A stretch of DNA of 32,000 nucleotides from Candidatus Saccharimonadota bacterium (lineage in GTDB: Archaea > Micrarchaeota > Micrarchaeia > Micrarchaeales > Micrarchaeaceae): positions 810,001 to 842,000 of the forward strand of contig NZ_CP019964.1 of assembly GCF_002214165.1 (NCBI RefSeq). Direction: 5' to 3'. Shown here piece by piece: positions 7,923 to 16,964 of this stretch. The notes under the pieces were generated by a model, which saw only the letters and a list, made by a program, of their open reading frames with translations, made no database searches and had not been told where the DNA came from. Every line of letters begins with the position of its first letter. Position 1 is the first letter of the stretch. Both the position numbers and the translations under genes were made by a program.

Positions 7923-9431
7923 TTAGGGGGATAATCTTGTGGTCAAATCAGAATACACTTGGGGCACACCATTTTGGTAATTTTGGAAAAAGGTTAACGC
8001 GGAAGCCTGATTGAATTTACTTGACATTCCAAATATTCCTTCCAGATTAGGAGACTGGAGGTATACCATATCATCTCCGAGTATACCTTTGAGTTTCTCT
8101 ATGATTGAGGCCGTATTGGAATTGCCTGGGTCCTCATCGACAAGTGCAATCGTGTCTATCTTCAGCGCATTTAGAACCCTCGCAATTGTAGGTATATTTG
8201 GTAGTCCTCCGCAAGACACTACCGAAACGTTATTCTTGTAGAGATCAAAACCTTGTTTTTCAAACATCGCTTTGCATGCAATCTCATCATCAGGACCTTC
8301 AACCAAAACAGCGCTATCTGCAAAAAGTGCTTGATTTACACCCTCATTAAATTTGGTGATGATACGATTCTGCTGACTACCTGTAGACAACAATGTCAAT
8401 CCCGATTCGATCGTTGTCGTAGAGTTTTTCTTTCTTACCACATGTAGGCTTTCGAACTTAGAAACGTCAACAAAATACGGTGAATGCGTACTATATATAA
8501 CCTGAAGCCCGCTTTCAGAAAGCAGTCTCAAACGGTTGTAAAAGTTCCTACATGCCTGGGGATGAAAGTGTAGTTCAGGCTCTTCTATTGCCAATATAAC
8601 ACTTTTCTTAACGATCTCGCTATATGCTCTAGCTATCGAAACTGATAATGCACTTTGTGTCCCGGCACCCATTTCTTCTGGATCATATTTACTAGGATTT
8701 GTTCCCTCTTTAAAATATGGTCTAACGTTCTTTATTGCCTCGACAGGGTCGAGTATAGAGAGCTCCAGCGTCAAATCAAACCCTGTGTGATCCTTTACAG
8801 AATTTTTAAGTTGTTCTTCAAGGTATCTGAGGTCAGAACCTGGGGAAATATTAAATATTTCAGAGTTAAATGCACTTATCACAGCCTTCAAAAACTGCGC
8901 TTTATTATTTTCAGGTATTTTACTCCCTAGGAATTTGAGAATCTTGCCATACAGTGTCCATTGAGTCGCCCTAATTTGTTGCGTGGATTGTCTATCTATG
9001 TCTACAAAAACGAGTGAAACCTCATCTTTCATTTCTTGAGAAACTCTCACAGGAGTACCCTTAGAGTATTTTAAAGGATCCCCAGAAGAATCCAAGGCGA
9101 GAAAGTTTACATCATCATTTTGGCATTCAAACCCAAACCCATACACTTTCATGCCATATCTGCTATCCACAAAGTGCTGATCGAACATGACTTGTATTTT
9201 TATTGGCTTTCTTCGATCTCTATCAAAATAATCGTTATCATCAACGATTTTACTGGAAGGCCAAGACTCCCCTAGAACTATAGACAATGCTTTCATTACA
9301 TTTGATTTTCCAGCGTTGTTCGGTCCTATTAAGGCATTAATTTTGTCAAGTTTTACATCTAAATTCTTCACTGATCTGAAGTTTTCTATATGCATTCTAT
9401 CAACATTTACCACACGATCACCATAATACAT
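7923..9431 (-). CDS. OLD-family nuclease (ABC-type ATPase plus TOPRIM), stand-alone class-1-like architecture
   Basis: N-terminus IENFRSVKNL...LIGPNNAGKSNVMKAL (Walker A), AIEEPELHFHPQ (Walker B), VIYSTHSPYFV (H-loop), then TOPRIM AVLVEGPDDE and ALVDEDPGN. No UvrD-like partner gene is adjacent. Confidence 0.8.
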   Translation of the reverse strand: MYYGDRVVNVDRMHIENFRSVKNLDVKLDKINALIGPNNAGKSNVMKALSIVLGESWPSSKIVDDNDYFDRDRRKPIKIQVMFDQHFVDSRYGMKVYGFGFECQNDDVNFLALDSSGDPLKYSKGTPVRVSQEMKDEVSLVFVDIDRQSTQQIRATQWTLYGKILKFLGSKIPENNKAQFLKAVISAFNSEIFNISPGSDLRYLEEQLKNSVKDHTGFDLTLELSILDPVEAIKNVRPYFKEGTNPSKYDPEEMGAGTQSALSVSIARAYSEIVKKSVILAIEEPELHFHPQACRNFYNRLRLLSESGLQVIYSTHSPYFVDVSKFESLHVVRKKNSTTTIESGLTLLSTGSQQNRIITKFNEGVNQALFADSAVLVEGPDDEIACKAMFEKQGFDLYKNNVSVVSCGGLPNIPTIARVLNALKIDTIALVDEDPGNSNTASIIEKLKGILGDDMVYLQSPNLEGIFGMSSKFNQASALTFFQNYQNGVPQVYSDLTTRLSP

Positions 9432-9478
9432 TATTTCAAATATTATAAATTCTATTTTTAAACCGGCTTCATAGGACC

Positions 9479-9560
9479 GTATTCCCTTAAAACTTTAATC
9501 AAATCCCGACCGGTCCATTTGTCAAACTATATCTCAATAACTTGAATACCAAACTTTTTG
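9479..9560 (+). repeat. direct repeat copy 1 (att-like); partner at 20907-20975
   Basis: 9479-9520 gtattcccttaaaactttaatcaaatcccgaccggtccattt is 40/42 identical to 20907-20948. Gapped similarity continues (aaactat...gaatacc...tttt). Confidence 0.65.
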
Positions 9561-9760
9561 CATTTATTATGCAGTTTTTTTTATCAAAGGGGACTAAAGG
9601 TACATTTCTCGAATATGCATCTTAACCTATTATCCGGTCACTGAAATTCCTGGTTCCCACCATGGATCTCTGTTAGCTGGTTTCTTGTCTTATGAGTGAA
9701 GTTCACACCCATGCAGGAATGAATTCCTCACCGATTGCCGTTCATTCAATCTTCCGATCC

Positions 9761-11200
9761 CTATGTTTTCTTGTAAATCTCGCGTTCTATGTCTGAAAGA
9801 TCCATAAGAATCACATCACTAATTGGCTCTTGCAGTGTCCATTTGAATCCGCTCTTAGAAAACACAGCATAGCTATATTTCTTTCCGGGGTACTGCTTTC
9901 TCAGTGTTTCCGACTTTGTCCTTAAGGCTTCAACTATACTTATGGGAACTGGGCTGTTTGTCCACTTGCATTCAGCGAAAAGCAATTCTCCTCGTGTTTC
10001 GGAATATGCAACGATATCTATCTCCTCAACGTCCCTGCCCTTTTTGTTGGACTCATTCCTGCCCCACCATCTGGAAACCGTATCAAATGATCTGCCCAGT
10101 ATCCCTTCCAATATGAGCTCCTTCATGAGGTTCTCAAACTGCTCACCCGCAAAAGTGGGGAAATCATCCACTATGATCTTAAGAATCTCTTCATTGCGAG
10201 AATTCTCAATCTCGCTCTTGTGTGGCAGTACATACCTGAACCAGAACTTCAGATACGGGTCGGATATCCAGTTTAATCTTCTCTTAAATTTCTCAGAAGC
10301 TCCAAAAGGTTTCTCCGGAATAACTAAGCCCAGTGACATGAGCACGTCCAGATATTTTGATACCATGCTCTTGTCCAGACCGGAATAGGCGCATATCTCC
10401 CCCAATGTATGATTTCCGTATGAAATGGATCTGAGAATCAGCATGTAATTCCTAGGTTCCCTAAATTCAGTTCTGAGAAGAAAATCTGCCTCCTCGTAGA
10501 GGGGCGCTCCTTTTGAAATGATGCTTTTTGAAACGTTTTCCCAGAATCCCGTATCAGGATCAAGTTTCAGGAGGTAATCTGGTATGCCGCCAAATACAAA
10601 GTATGTATTACATAAATCTTCGAACCCATAATTCACGAATTCTGACAAGTATCTGAACTTCAGTGGTCGTAACTGCAATTGGCCTGTTCTTCTGCCGTAA
10701 AGAGGGCTCCTGTAAGAAAGCACCTCATTTTCCATCATGCTGATAGAAGAGCCTGAAAGAATCAGCATTACGTTCTTCTCCCTCAGTACGGTGTCATATA
10801 CCTTCTGGAATACCGACGGTATTGCCCTGTTAGCCTCTATGAGATATGGGAATTCATCTATGACAATTATGATCTTTGATTCACGTGCTTTCGCTTGAAA
10901 TGAACTGCTCGAAGTCAGAACAGTGAAAAGAGAGTGCCAGTCGTCGAAATTAGCCATAAGGATGCTTTCATCACCCAGGAACTTTGACATAATGGCTTTG
11001 AAGCTGTTTATGTTCTCCCTGTCTCCCTCTGCAGTTGCAAGAAAATAAACACCCCTGGTGCCTAGGAACTTGCTGATCAATTCGGTCTTCCCAACCCTTC
11101 TCCTGCCATAAAGGATGAATAGTGAGGGCCCTTTCGCAGACATGGCCCTTTCCAGGATTTTCATTTCTTCGATCCTGTCAACAAACTTTTGTTGAGACAT
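9761..11200 (-). CDS. archaeal AAA-type ATPase (PF01637-like) with a C-terminal DUF234 nuclease-like domain
   Basis: FVDRIEEMKILE...LYGRRRVGKTELI (Walker A), IIVIDEFPYL (Walker B), and the C-terminal EIDIVAYSE...LLFAECKW (D...E.K restriction-endonuclease-like motif). Confidence 0.8.
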   Translation of the reverse strand: MSQQKFVDRIEEMKILERAMSAKGPSLFILYGRRRVGKTELISKFLGTRGVYFLATAEGDRENINSFKAIMSKFLGDESILMANFDDWHSLFTVLTSSSSFQAKARESKIIIVIDEFPYLIEANRAIPSVFQKVYDTVLREKNVMLILSGSSISMMENEVLSYRSPLYGRRTGQLQLRPLKFRYLSEFVNYGFEDLCNTYFVFGGIPDYLLKLDPDTGFWENVSKSIISKGAPLYEEADFLLRTEFREPRNYMLILRSISYGNHTLGEICAYSGLDKSMVSKYLDVLMSLGLVIPEKPFGASEKFKRRLNWISDPYLKFWFRYVLPHKSEIENSRNEEILKIIVDDFPTFAGEQFENLMKELILEGILGRSFDTVSRWWGRNESNKKGRDVEEIDIVAYSETRGELLFAECKWTNSPVPISIVEALRTKSETLRKQYPGKKYSYAVFSKSGFKWTLQEPISDVILMDLSDIEREIYKKT

Positions 11201-11335
11201 AAGTATTATACTTTAGTCACAACGAATATTTATACATATCTCGGCGTGATTTACTGAGCTAAACATCCAAGACATATACCATTATAATATTAAGCAGATC
11301 TCGACCTTTCCTTCAAGTTTTAATTCCTTGAATTT

Positions 11336-11381
11336 TTGATAGAGTAGAGTTCTGGCATTGCCCAGAACTCTACTCTATCAA
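11336..11381. repeat. perfect 20-bp inverted repeat with a 6-nt loop, in an intergenic region
   Basis: ttgatagagtagagttctgg (11336-11355), loop cattgc, ccagaactctactctatcaa (11362-11381). Lies about 90 nt downstream of the DoxX-like stop on the minus strand. Confidence 0.85.
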
Positions 11382-11470
11382 TTACGGAGATGCAGAAGCG
11401 GTCAAATGCACCTCAGTGACATATTACCAAAAATTATGGAGATAGGGTTAAAAAATATGTGTGATTTTTC

Positions 11471-12025
11471 TTATTTTTCGCCAGAATTAATCTCCGCCAG
11501 CTTGGACCAATTCCTGTATTTTTTTTCTATGTAGTAATCAAGACTATATTTGCTTGTTCCAAAGGCGCCGTTTATCAGTATGAGCAGAAGAAATACAAGC
11601 ACATAAATTATGCTTGTGCCTATATCGGTCGCACCGTATATGTAAAAACCGCCGAAACCCTCTGGTACGGACCACATAAAGAAGCTGAAGATTGCCCCAA
11701 GGAAATAGACTATTTTCCTCAATAAACCAAATAGTATTGCTAACGCAAGCAGAGTCTCAAGTAAAGCAATAAGCAATGCAAACAGGTACGGATCATAGGA
11801 CGTTACATTGATCCAAAACTGAAACCACGGCATCATCCAGGACGGCTGCTGAATCATTGAGCTCTGAATCATGGATTCGAACCCACTGAAGAATGCGGGT
11901 TGCCATTTGAGCCATGCATCGGCGAGCCATACCACCCCAAACAGAACGCGCATAATCACTTTATATCCGGCCATATTCCTTACAAACCAGTTTCCATTTG
12001 CCATAGCATTCATTGTTTGATTCAA
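11471..12025 (-). CDS. DoxX/DoxD-like polytopic membrane protein (family assignment tentative)
   Basis: Hydrophobic 184-aa protein with RVLFGVVWLADAWLKWQP near the N-terminus. Its start overlaps the copA stop by 4 nt, so it is co-transcribed with copA. Confidence 0.45.
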   Translation of the reverse strand: MNQTMNAMANGNWFVRNMAGYKVIMRVLFGVVWLADAWLKWQPAFFSGFESMIQSSMIQQPSWMMPWFQFWINVTSYDPYLFALLIALLETLLALAILFGLLRKIVYFLGAIFSFFMWSVPEGFGGFYIYGATDIGTSIIYVLVFLLLILINGAFGTSKYSLDYYIEKKYRNWSKLAEINSGEK

Positions 12026-14097
12026 GTTACCACCACTCCTTTTTCATATTTCTGGATAAGCTTTGATACGTTGCGTCTCAACAGAAGTGAATTAAGAACC
12101 ACGGATGTGGAACTCATCCCCATGGCAAGTGCTGAAAGTATGGGCAGAAATGAATAGATCGACAGGCCAAACAGTGGGACAAGTAACCCTCCGGCTACAG
12201 GGATTAATGCAGTGTTGTAACCAAACGCCCATCCAATGTTCTGCTTGACCTTCCCTATGGTTTTTTTGCCTATGATCTTGGCATATACCACATCATTGAG
12301 ATCGTTTTTGAGGAGTATAATGTCTCCACTCTCCCTTGCGATATCGGTGCCCGAACCCATGGCAATTCCGACATCGGCTGTTTCCAGAGCCACAGTATCG
12401 TTGATTCCATCTCCAGTGAAAATTACATGATCCCCTGCTGCCTGATATTTCTTTATTATTTCTGATTTGTCTGCAGGAAGCACCTCGGCGTGAATATCAT
12501 CGATTCCAAGCTGATTTCCCACTCTTCTTGCTTCTTCCATGGAGTCCCCGGTTATCATTGAAGACCTAATTCCCATGGATCTGAGGCCTTTTATGGCAGA
12601 AACGGCTTCCTTCCTGATGACGTAGGAAAGTGAAATGAACCCCCTTTCCTCGTTATCAACATTCACTGATACGGTCGATCCCCCTTCCTTCTTTGCTCTT
12701 GAGACCCTGATTTCCTTATCATTTACCCTGCCTGTAATCCCTACGCCGGGAATCTCCTTAATTTCCGTCGCTTCGAATAGAGGAATCTTCTTGTTCTCGG
12801 CCAACGCAACTATGGCTCTTGCGATTGGATGGTTTGAGGCTGATTCAACAGAAGCTGCTAGTGCAATGACGTTTTCCTCAGAGTCGGCAGGAGAGACAGA
12901 AATTCCTGTAACCACAGGATCCGGCTCGGTAAGTGTTCCGGTCTTGTCAAAAACGGCCCGTGTTGATTTTGACAATCTATCCAGCGCACTTACATTCTTC
13001 ACTATTATGCCGTTCTCAGAAGATACGTTGGACGAGATGAGTAGAGTAATTGGTCCAGCAAGGCCAATGGCACAGGGGCAGGCGACAACCACGACAGAAA
13101 CAAAAGCAAGGATGCCTATTTCAAGCGCCAGCGGATATCCTACGCTTGAAAGATAGAAGTACCAGAAAAGCGAAGCCACAAGAGCGGATGAAATAACGAT
13201 GGGAACGAATACCGAGGAGAAAACATCGGCAATTCTCTGAACTTTGACCCGGCCGGAACTCGCTCTCTGTATGAGTTCGTATATCTGACTCACCGTGCTG
13301 TCTTTTCCAGTCCTGGTTACGTTTATTCGAATAACACCGTTAAGGTTCTTAGTGCCTGATGCCACAACCTGACCGGCGGACTTCAGAACAGGCTCCTGCT
13401 CTCCAGTGAGCATGGATTCGTCCACCTCGCTCTTGCCTTCATATATTATTCCGTCGACCGAGATCACCTCGCCAGGCTTTACTAATATTTTATCGCCCGG
13501 TCTTATCTCATCGGTCTTCTTGTCAGTGATATCACCAAGGCTGGCGATGTAGTGGACAACGTTAGGTATCATTCCAATTAGCTTGCTGGCTGCTCTGTTT
13601 GCCTTCACCTTTGTGAGGTTTTCAATGAAATTACCTGTTAAAATAAGAGTCACGATGAAAGACGATGCATCAAAATACACCTCGGAAGGTGGAATTGAGC
13701 TTGGTCGAGCGATTGTTACATAGGCGGAGAACACGAATGCAGTAAGAGTTCCCAAGGAAACTAGCAAATCCATGTTTGCCGATCTGCTCTTTAATGCATG
13801 ATATGAACCCTCATAGAATCCGTAGCCGGAATAGAATTGGACAGGCAACGTCAGGATGAGGAGAAGATAATTCAGGTAAAAAATGGAATGTGAAAAACCA
13901 TATGTGATAACTATAACTGGTATAGAAAGTGACCACCCAACAATCAGTCTGCGCTTGAGCTTCCTGGCTTCGGTCTCAGGAGATGAGTACTTCTGCTGGC
14001 AGGTTTTTGAACAAAAATAGTATGTTTGCCCGTCGACTACCGACTTCAGGTCAGTATCCTCCGGTACAAACATTCCACACACTGGATCAGTTGGCAT
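12022..14097 (-). CDS. copA: P1B-type heavy-metal (Cu+) transporting ATPase with an N-terminal TRASH/YHS metal-binding domain
   Basis: DPVCGMFV...YYFCSKTCQQKY (TRASH), TGE, transmembrane CPC (VACPCAIGLAGP), DKTGTLT phosphorylation site, GDGINDTVAL hinge. Confidence 0.92.
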   Translation of the reverse strand: MPTDPVCGMFVPEDTDLKSVVDGQTYYFCSKTCQQKYSSPETEARKLKRRLIVGWSLSIPVIVITYGFSHSIFYLNYLLLILTLPVQFYSGYGFYEGSYHALKSRSANMDLLVSLGTLTAFVFSAYVTIARPSSIPPSEVYFDASSFIVTLILTGNFIENLTKVKANRAASKLIGMIPNVVHYIASLGDITDKKTDEIRPGDKILVKPGEVISVDGIIYEGKSEVDESMLTGEQEPVLKSAGQVVASGTKNLNGVIRINVTRTGKDSTVSQIYELIQRASSGRVKVQRIADVFSSVFVPIVISSALVASLFWYFYLSSVGYPLALEIGILAFVSVVVVACPCAIGLAGPITLLISSNVSSENGIIVKNVSALDRLSKSTRAVFDKTGTLTEPDPVVTGISVSPADSEENVIALAASVESASNHPIARAIVALAENKKIPLFEATEIKEIPGVGITGRVNDKEIRVSRAKKEGGSTVSVNVDNEERGFISLSYVIRKEAVSAIKGLRSMGIRSSMITGDSMEEARRVGNQLGIDDIHAEVLPADKSEIIKKYQAAGDHVIFTGDGINDTVALETADVGIAMGSGTDIARESGDIILLKNDLNDVVYAKIIGKKTIGKVKQNIGWAFGYNTALIPVAGGLLVPLFGLSIYSFLPILSALAMGMSSTSVVLNSLLLRRNVSKLIQKYEKGVVVT

Positions 14098-14108
14098 GTT
14101 TATTCTCC

Positions 14109-14249
14109 TTACCTGCTATATTTCAGGGGATTCTTGTCGAATTCTTCCTTGCAGTGGCTGCTGCAGAAGTAGAACGTTTTTCCCTGAAACTCACTCTTCA
14201 GGTCAGTGTTCTCTTTCACTTTCATTCCGCATATCACATCTGTTGCCAT
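14109..14249 (-). CDS. small TRASH-domain metal chaperone (CopT/CopZ-like)
   Basis: MATDVICGMKVKENTDLKSEFQGKTFYFCSSHCKEEFDKNPLKY is a C-x-x...C-x3-C TRASH pattern. Lies 11 nt upstream of copA on the same strand. ATG at 14249 is preferred over the longer track ORF. Confidence 0.7.
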   Translation of the reverse strand: MATDVICGMKVKENTDLKSEFQGKTFYFCSSHCKEEFDKNPLKYSR

Positions 14250-14324
14250 AGTTATGAATTGTGATGCGATACATATATTATTACCATTCATAATGTTAAA
14301 GTAGTTGAGTAAAATCATTACATT
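14250..14324. promoter_or_regulatory. divergent promoter/operator region between the chaperone-copA operon and the TRASH regulator
   Basis: 75-bp AT-rich spacer between divergent starts at 14249 (-) and 14325 (+), with TATA-like runs (atacatatattatta, ttaaagtag). Inferred by analogy with archaeal copR/copTA loci. Confidence 0.4.
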
Positions 14325-14864
14325 ATGAGAAGAAACATTTCTGAATTGGAACAGAGACTCATATTATTACTCAAGAGAAATTCCAGGATGAGTATAGTTG
14401 ACATAGCAAGGGAACTGGGTACAAGCAGGCTTACAGCCAAGAAGGCTCTGGACTCCATAGTATCAAGCGGAAGGATCAAAAAATTCACAATCTCTCTTGC
14501 CGATGAAGAAATAGATATGGTTCTTGTATACACCGACAATTTAGAGAATATACCAGAAAATATTATCCTGGAACGCTTCTGTTTGATAGATGGATCCTAT
14601 ATGATAATCCTGTACTATGAGGACCTTATAAAGATAAAGAAGGCAAACATAAAAAGAGTTGAAATAGCAACCTCCAGGGAGGTGAATGAAAACATGACCA
14701 GGGCGGAAGGCATCCACTGCGATTACTGCAGAAAGGAGATCAAGGACAATCCGATCTCATTAGAAATAAGGGGAAAGACATATTATGTGTGCTGTCCGAA
14801 CTGTGAGAGAGACCTTAAGAAAAGAGGAGAGGTAATTCTCGAGGAAAATTCCGGACATCAGTAG
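14325..14864 (+). CDS. copR: copper-responsive transcription regulator: Lrp/AsnC-type HTH plus a C-terminal TRASH domain (CopR-like)
   Basis: N-terminus LLLKRNSRMSIVDIARELGTSRLTAKKALD (HTH). C-terminus HCDYCRKEIKDNPISLEIRGKTYYVCCPNCERDLKK (TRASH). Divergent from the cop operon. Confidence 0.75.
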   Translation: MRRNISELEQRLILLLKRNSRMSIVDIARELGTSRLTAKKALDSIVSSGRIKKFTISLADEEIDMVLVYTDNLENIPENIILERFCLIDGSYMIILYYEDLIKIKKANIKRVEIATSREVNENMTRAEGIHCDYCRKEIKDNPISLEIRGKTYYVCCPNCERDLKKRGEVILEENSGHQ

Positions 14865-14995
14865 AAACAAATACAGATGAAAAGGGGCATGAGGTATTTC
14901 CACTCAAACTGTTCTCATAATGTTTAGTACATTGTAGTGTTCTGGACAGTTTGGGCAGTTATATTATAAATAACTGAGAAGAATTATAATTAATT

Positions 14996-15409
14996 ATGAA
15001 TGGGAAAAGAGATTCCCCTACCGGGAGGGGTTCGCTGTTTGACAGGTCTGAAAATGACCAGACGGGCAGAAATTCCAACATTTCAGAATTAATATCTGTT
15101 GGGAAGGGGAATGTTGAATTGGGAAATGGGGTGGTAAAGATTGCAGAAGGAAAATATCTCGTCTTGGAGTTGAGCGAAGAAAAGGGCCCTTGCCCCGATA
15201 ATATGTGCCAATTGAAAGCTGAAATTAATATAAGAATTCTTGGCAGCATCAATGATCCATCCTCATATGAAATAATCAGAACAGATAAATTCACGTTGGC
15301 CATAAGCAAAGCTGTATGGCATGCTATAGATAAAGGCAGGCAGGGTATTTCCATCAGGAAAGGAAGATTTGGTAATCTCAGCGTAAAGGGATTCTCACTA
15401 ACCTACTGA
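14996..15409 (+). CDS. hypothetical protein
   Basis: 137-aa ORF with no motif recognised. It competes with antisense ORF 14959-15354. The plus strand is preferred only for its more ordinary amino-acid composition. Confidence 0.3.
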   Translation: MNGKRDSPTGRGSLFDRSENDQTGRNSNISELISVGKGNVELGNGVVKIAEGKYLVLELSEEKGPCPDNMCQLKAEINIRILGSINDPSSYEIIRTDKFTLAISKAVWHAIDKGRQGISIRKGRFGNLSVKGFSLTY

Positions 15410-15551
15410 CAACTCTCTGCTCTTTTGTACCCCACATAGAAGACGAATGGTCTCACTCTATAAGGTAACTTATCATTGTGTATGCATATACTTACCAAAA
15501 TTTACAGATTGAATAAGGCATTGTTTTATACATTTGCATAATTTCGTAAAT

Positions 15552-15743
15552 ATGTCTTGTGGATGTATGAAGAATGCAGGAAATGATATGGGAAAGCAAC
15601 ACATGCACAGCCACGGTGGTGAGGAAAACCTCCCAGCAGACGATACTAAATCTGCACTGGGCATACTGAATGAGAGGTATGCAAGAGGAGAAATCGCAAA
15701 GGAAGAGTATTTAAGCATGAAGAATGAAATTTTGTCAAGGTGA
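15552..15743 (+). CDS. small SHOCT-domain protein with a Cys/His-rich N-terminus
   Basis: MSCGCMKNAGNDMGKQHMHSHGGEE, followed by ALGILNERYARGEIAKEEYLSMKNEIL (SHOCT pattern RYA.GEI..eEY...K). ATG at 15552 is chosen over the TTG at 15534. Confidence 0.6.
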   Translation: MSCGCMKNAGNDMGKQHMHSHGGEENLPADDTKSALGILNERYARGEIAKEEYLSMKNEILSR

Positions 15744-15747
15744 AATA

Positions 15748-16146
15748 ATGGCAACTGAATACAGAGTCAAATCAAAGCATTCCTTCGATGAGGTGTGTGA
15801 CAAGATAAGAGAGATCGTACCACCAAATGGTTTCTCAATACTATCTGAGATCAGGACAAGCGACATCTTGAGGTCAAAGGGATTTGAATATCCTAATCTC
15901 AGAACGTTTGATATTTGCAATGCCGGTTACGCCAACAGGGCACTTTCTCTTGACACACGGGTTGAAACAATTATTCCATGCCATTTGATAGTAAAGGAAG
16001 CAGAGAATCATACGGAAGTATCTGTTCAGCTGCCCAGAGAAATGTTTGACTCCCTCCACACGGAGGAATCTGAGGAAATGGAGAGTTTCATGAGCGAAGT
16101 TGAAGCAAAACTTAAGGGTATTGTGGATTCATTCGCTGATGAGTGA
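15748..16146 (+). CDS. DUF302-domain protein
   Basis: SFDEVCDKIREIVPPNGFSILSEI...FDICNAGYANRAL...IIPCHLIVKE matches my recollection of the DUF302 pattern. Starts 5 nt after the SHOCT gene stop. Confidence 0.65.
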   Translation: MATEYRVKSKHSFDEVCDKIREIVPPNGFSILSEIRTSDILRSKGFEYPNLRTFDICNAGYANRALSLDTRVETIIPCHLIVKEAENHTEVSVQLPREMFDSLHTEESEEMESFMSEVEAKLKGIVDSFADE

Positions 16147-16964
16147 AGAGTGTATTACTTGACTTTACAAAGTTTATTGAGGTGTCCGGCGTGAATGATA
16201 ACGATTGGATAAGCACAGTTTTATCTTCGCCCTTCATGAAAATAATGGCGGACAGTCTCAACAGGTCTAGCAATGAGATGGATCCAAGGGCAACACCGCT
16301 ATACAAGGCAGTGATCGGACATGTCGGCCCTGAACGCACAGTTATCGACATAGGCGCAGGCGTCGGTAGATTTGCCATCCCTCTTGCACAGGATGGAATA
16401 AAGGTAACCGCAGTTGAACCCAGTGATGAGATGCGCAGACATCTGAAGGAGGCTATAGCAAGCAGTGGTCTATCGTCCGGAATAAATGTAGTCCCGTCTT
16501 CGTGGCCTGTAGATAAGGCCCTGACCGCGGAGGTAGTCTTCGCATCATTTGTCATTCAGTTCTCCAAAAATCCTATGGAATTTATCCATGCCATGGAAAG
16601 GTCTGCAAGGAATCAATGTATACTGTCTGTTCATGTGGACCAGCCACTTGAGTTTTTAAGAAATATCTGGCAAGTTTTCCGTCCTACAGAACCCGTGCCT
16701 GTGATGCTCACTTTTTCTGATCTTTATCCAATGCTCCTGAACATGGGCATCATAGCCAATGTTGCGATTATAGAGGAAAAGCGTATGTCCAGGCCAGTGA
16801 TGGAACCTGCCAAGATCATTACACTGCTTTCCGACCTCCTGAGTATCAGGGATAAGCCTGCAGACATGCAACGACTGAAGGAAATCCTGGAGGGCATGAG
16901 AAGCCGGATTCAAGAGCCACCTTCCATGAGAACTGCCATTGTCTCATGGCAGCCCAGGAGATGA
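16143..16964 (+). CDS. class I SAM-dependent methyltransferase (start uncertain: GTG at 16143 or ATG at 16236)
   Basis: Motif I VIDIGAGVGRFAIPLAQDG, then the acidic post-I VTAVEPS. Overlaps the neighbouring genes at both ends. Confidence 0.7.
   Translation: MKSVLLDFTKFIEVSGVNDNDWISTVLSSPFMKIMADSLNRSSNEMDPRATPLYKAVIGHVGPERTVIDIGAGVGRFAIPLAQDGIKVTAVEPSDEMRRHLKEAIASSGLSSGINVVPSSWPVDKALTAEVVFASFVIQFSKNPMEFIHAMERSARNQCILSVHVDQPLEFLRNIWQVFRPTEPVPVMLTFSDLYPMLLNMGIIANVAIIEEKRMSRPVMEPAKIITLLSDLLSIRDKPADMQRLKEILEGMRSRIQEPPSMRTAIVSWQPRR

Noticed and set aside
7286-8014. Track ORFs 7286-7558, 7425-7709, 7625-8014 (+) and 7403-7606 (-) as protein-coding genes
   Set aside because: They overlap one another in different frames. 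Their translations are rich in Ser, Arg, Pro, Leu, Cys and His. They coincide with a locally GC-rich, hairpin-dense stretch. Open frames here are best explained by composition (few A/T-rich stop codons), not by coding.
9498-9520. The core of the direct repeat (atcaaatcccgaccggtccattt) as the 3' end of a tRNA gene (T-loop, T-stem, acceptor stem, discriminator)
   Set aside because: The spacing is tRNA-like, but the 5' partner of the T-stem (tcggg) is absent upstream in both copies. No D-arm, anticodon arm or 5' acceptor strand can be found at the right distance. The repeat identity also extends 5' into non-tRNA sequence. No complete tRNA is present at either site.
9904-10388. Plus-strand ORFs 9904-10116 and 9942-10388
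   Set aside because: Antisense to the DUF234 ATPase gene, which has Walker A/B and DUF234 motifs.
12635-13156. 173-aa plus-strand ORF (and 12236-12430, 13983-14264) inside copA
   Set aside because: Antisense to a P-type ATPase gene that carries every canonical motif. No motifs of their own.
14959-15354. 131-aa minus-strand ORF as the real gene instead of 14996-15409 (+)
   Set aside because: Neither frame has a recognisable motif. The minus-strand translation is Leu/Ser/Ile/Phe/Pro-rich with Cys and looks like an antisense shadow. The plus-strand call is kept at low confidence only.
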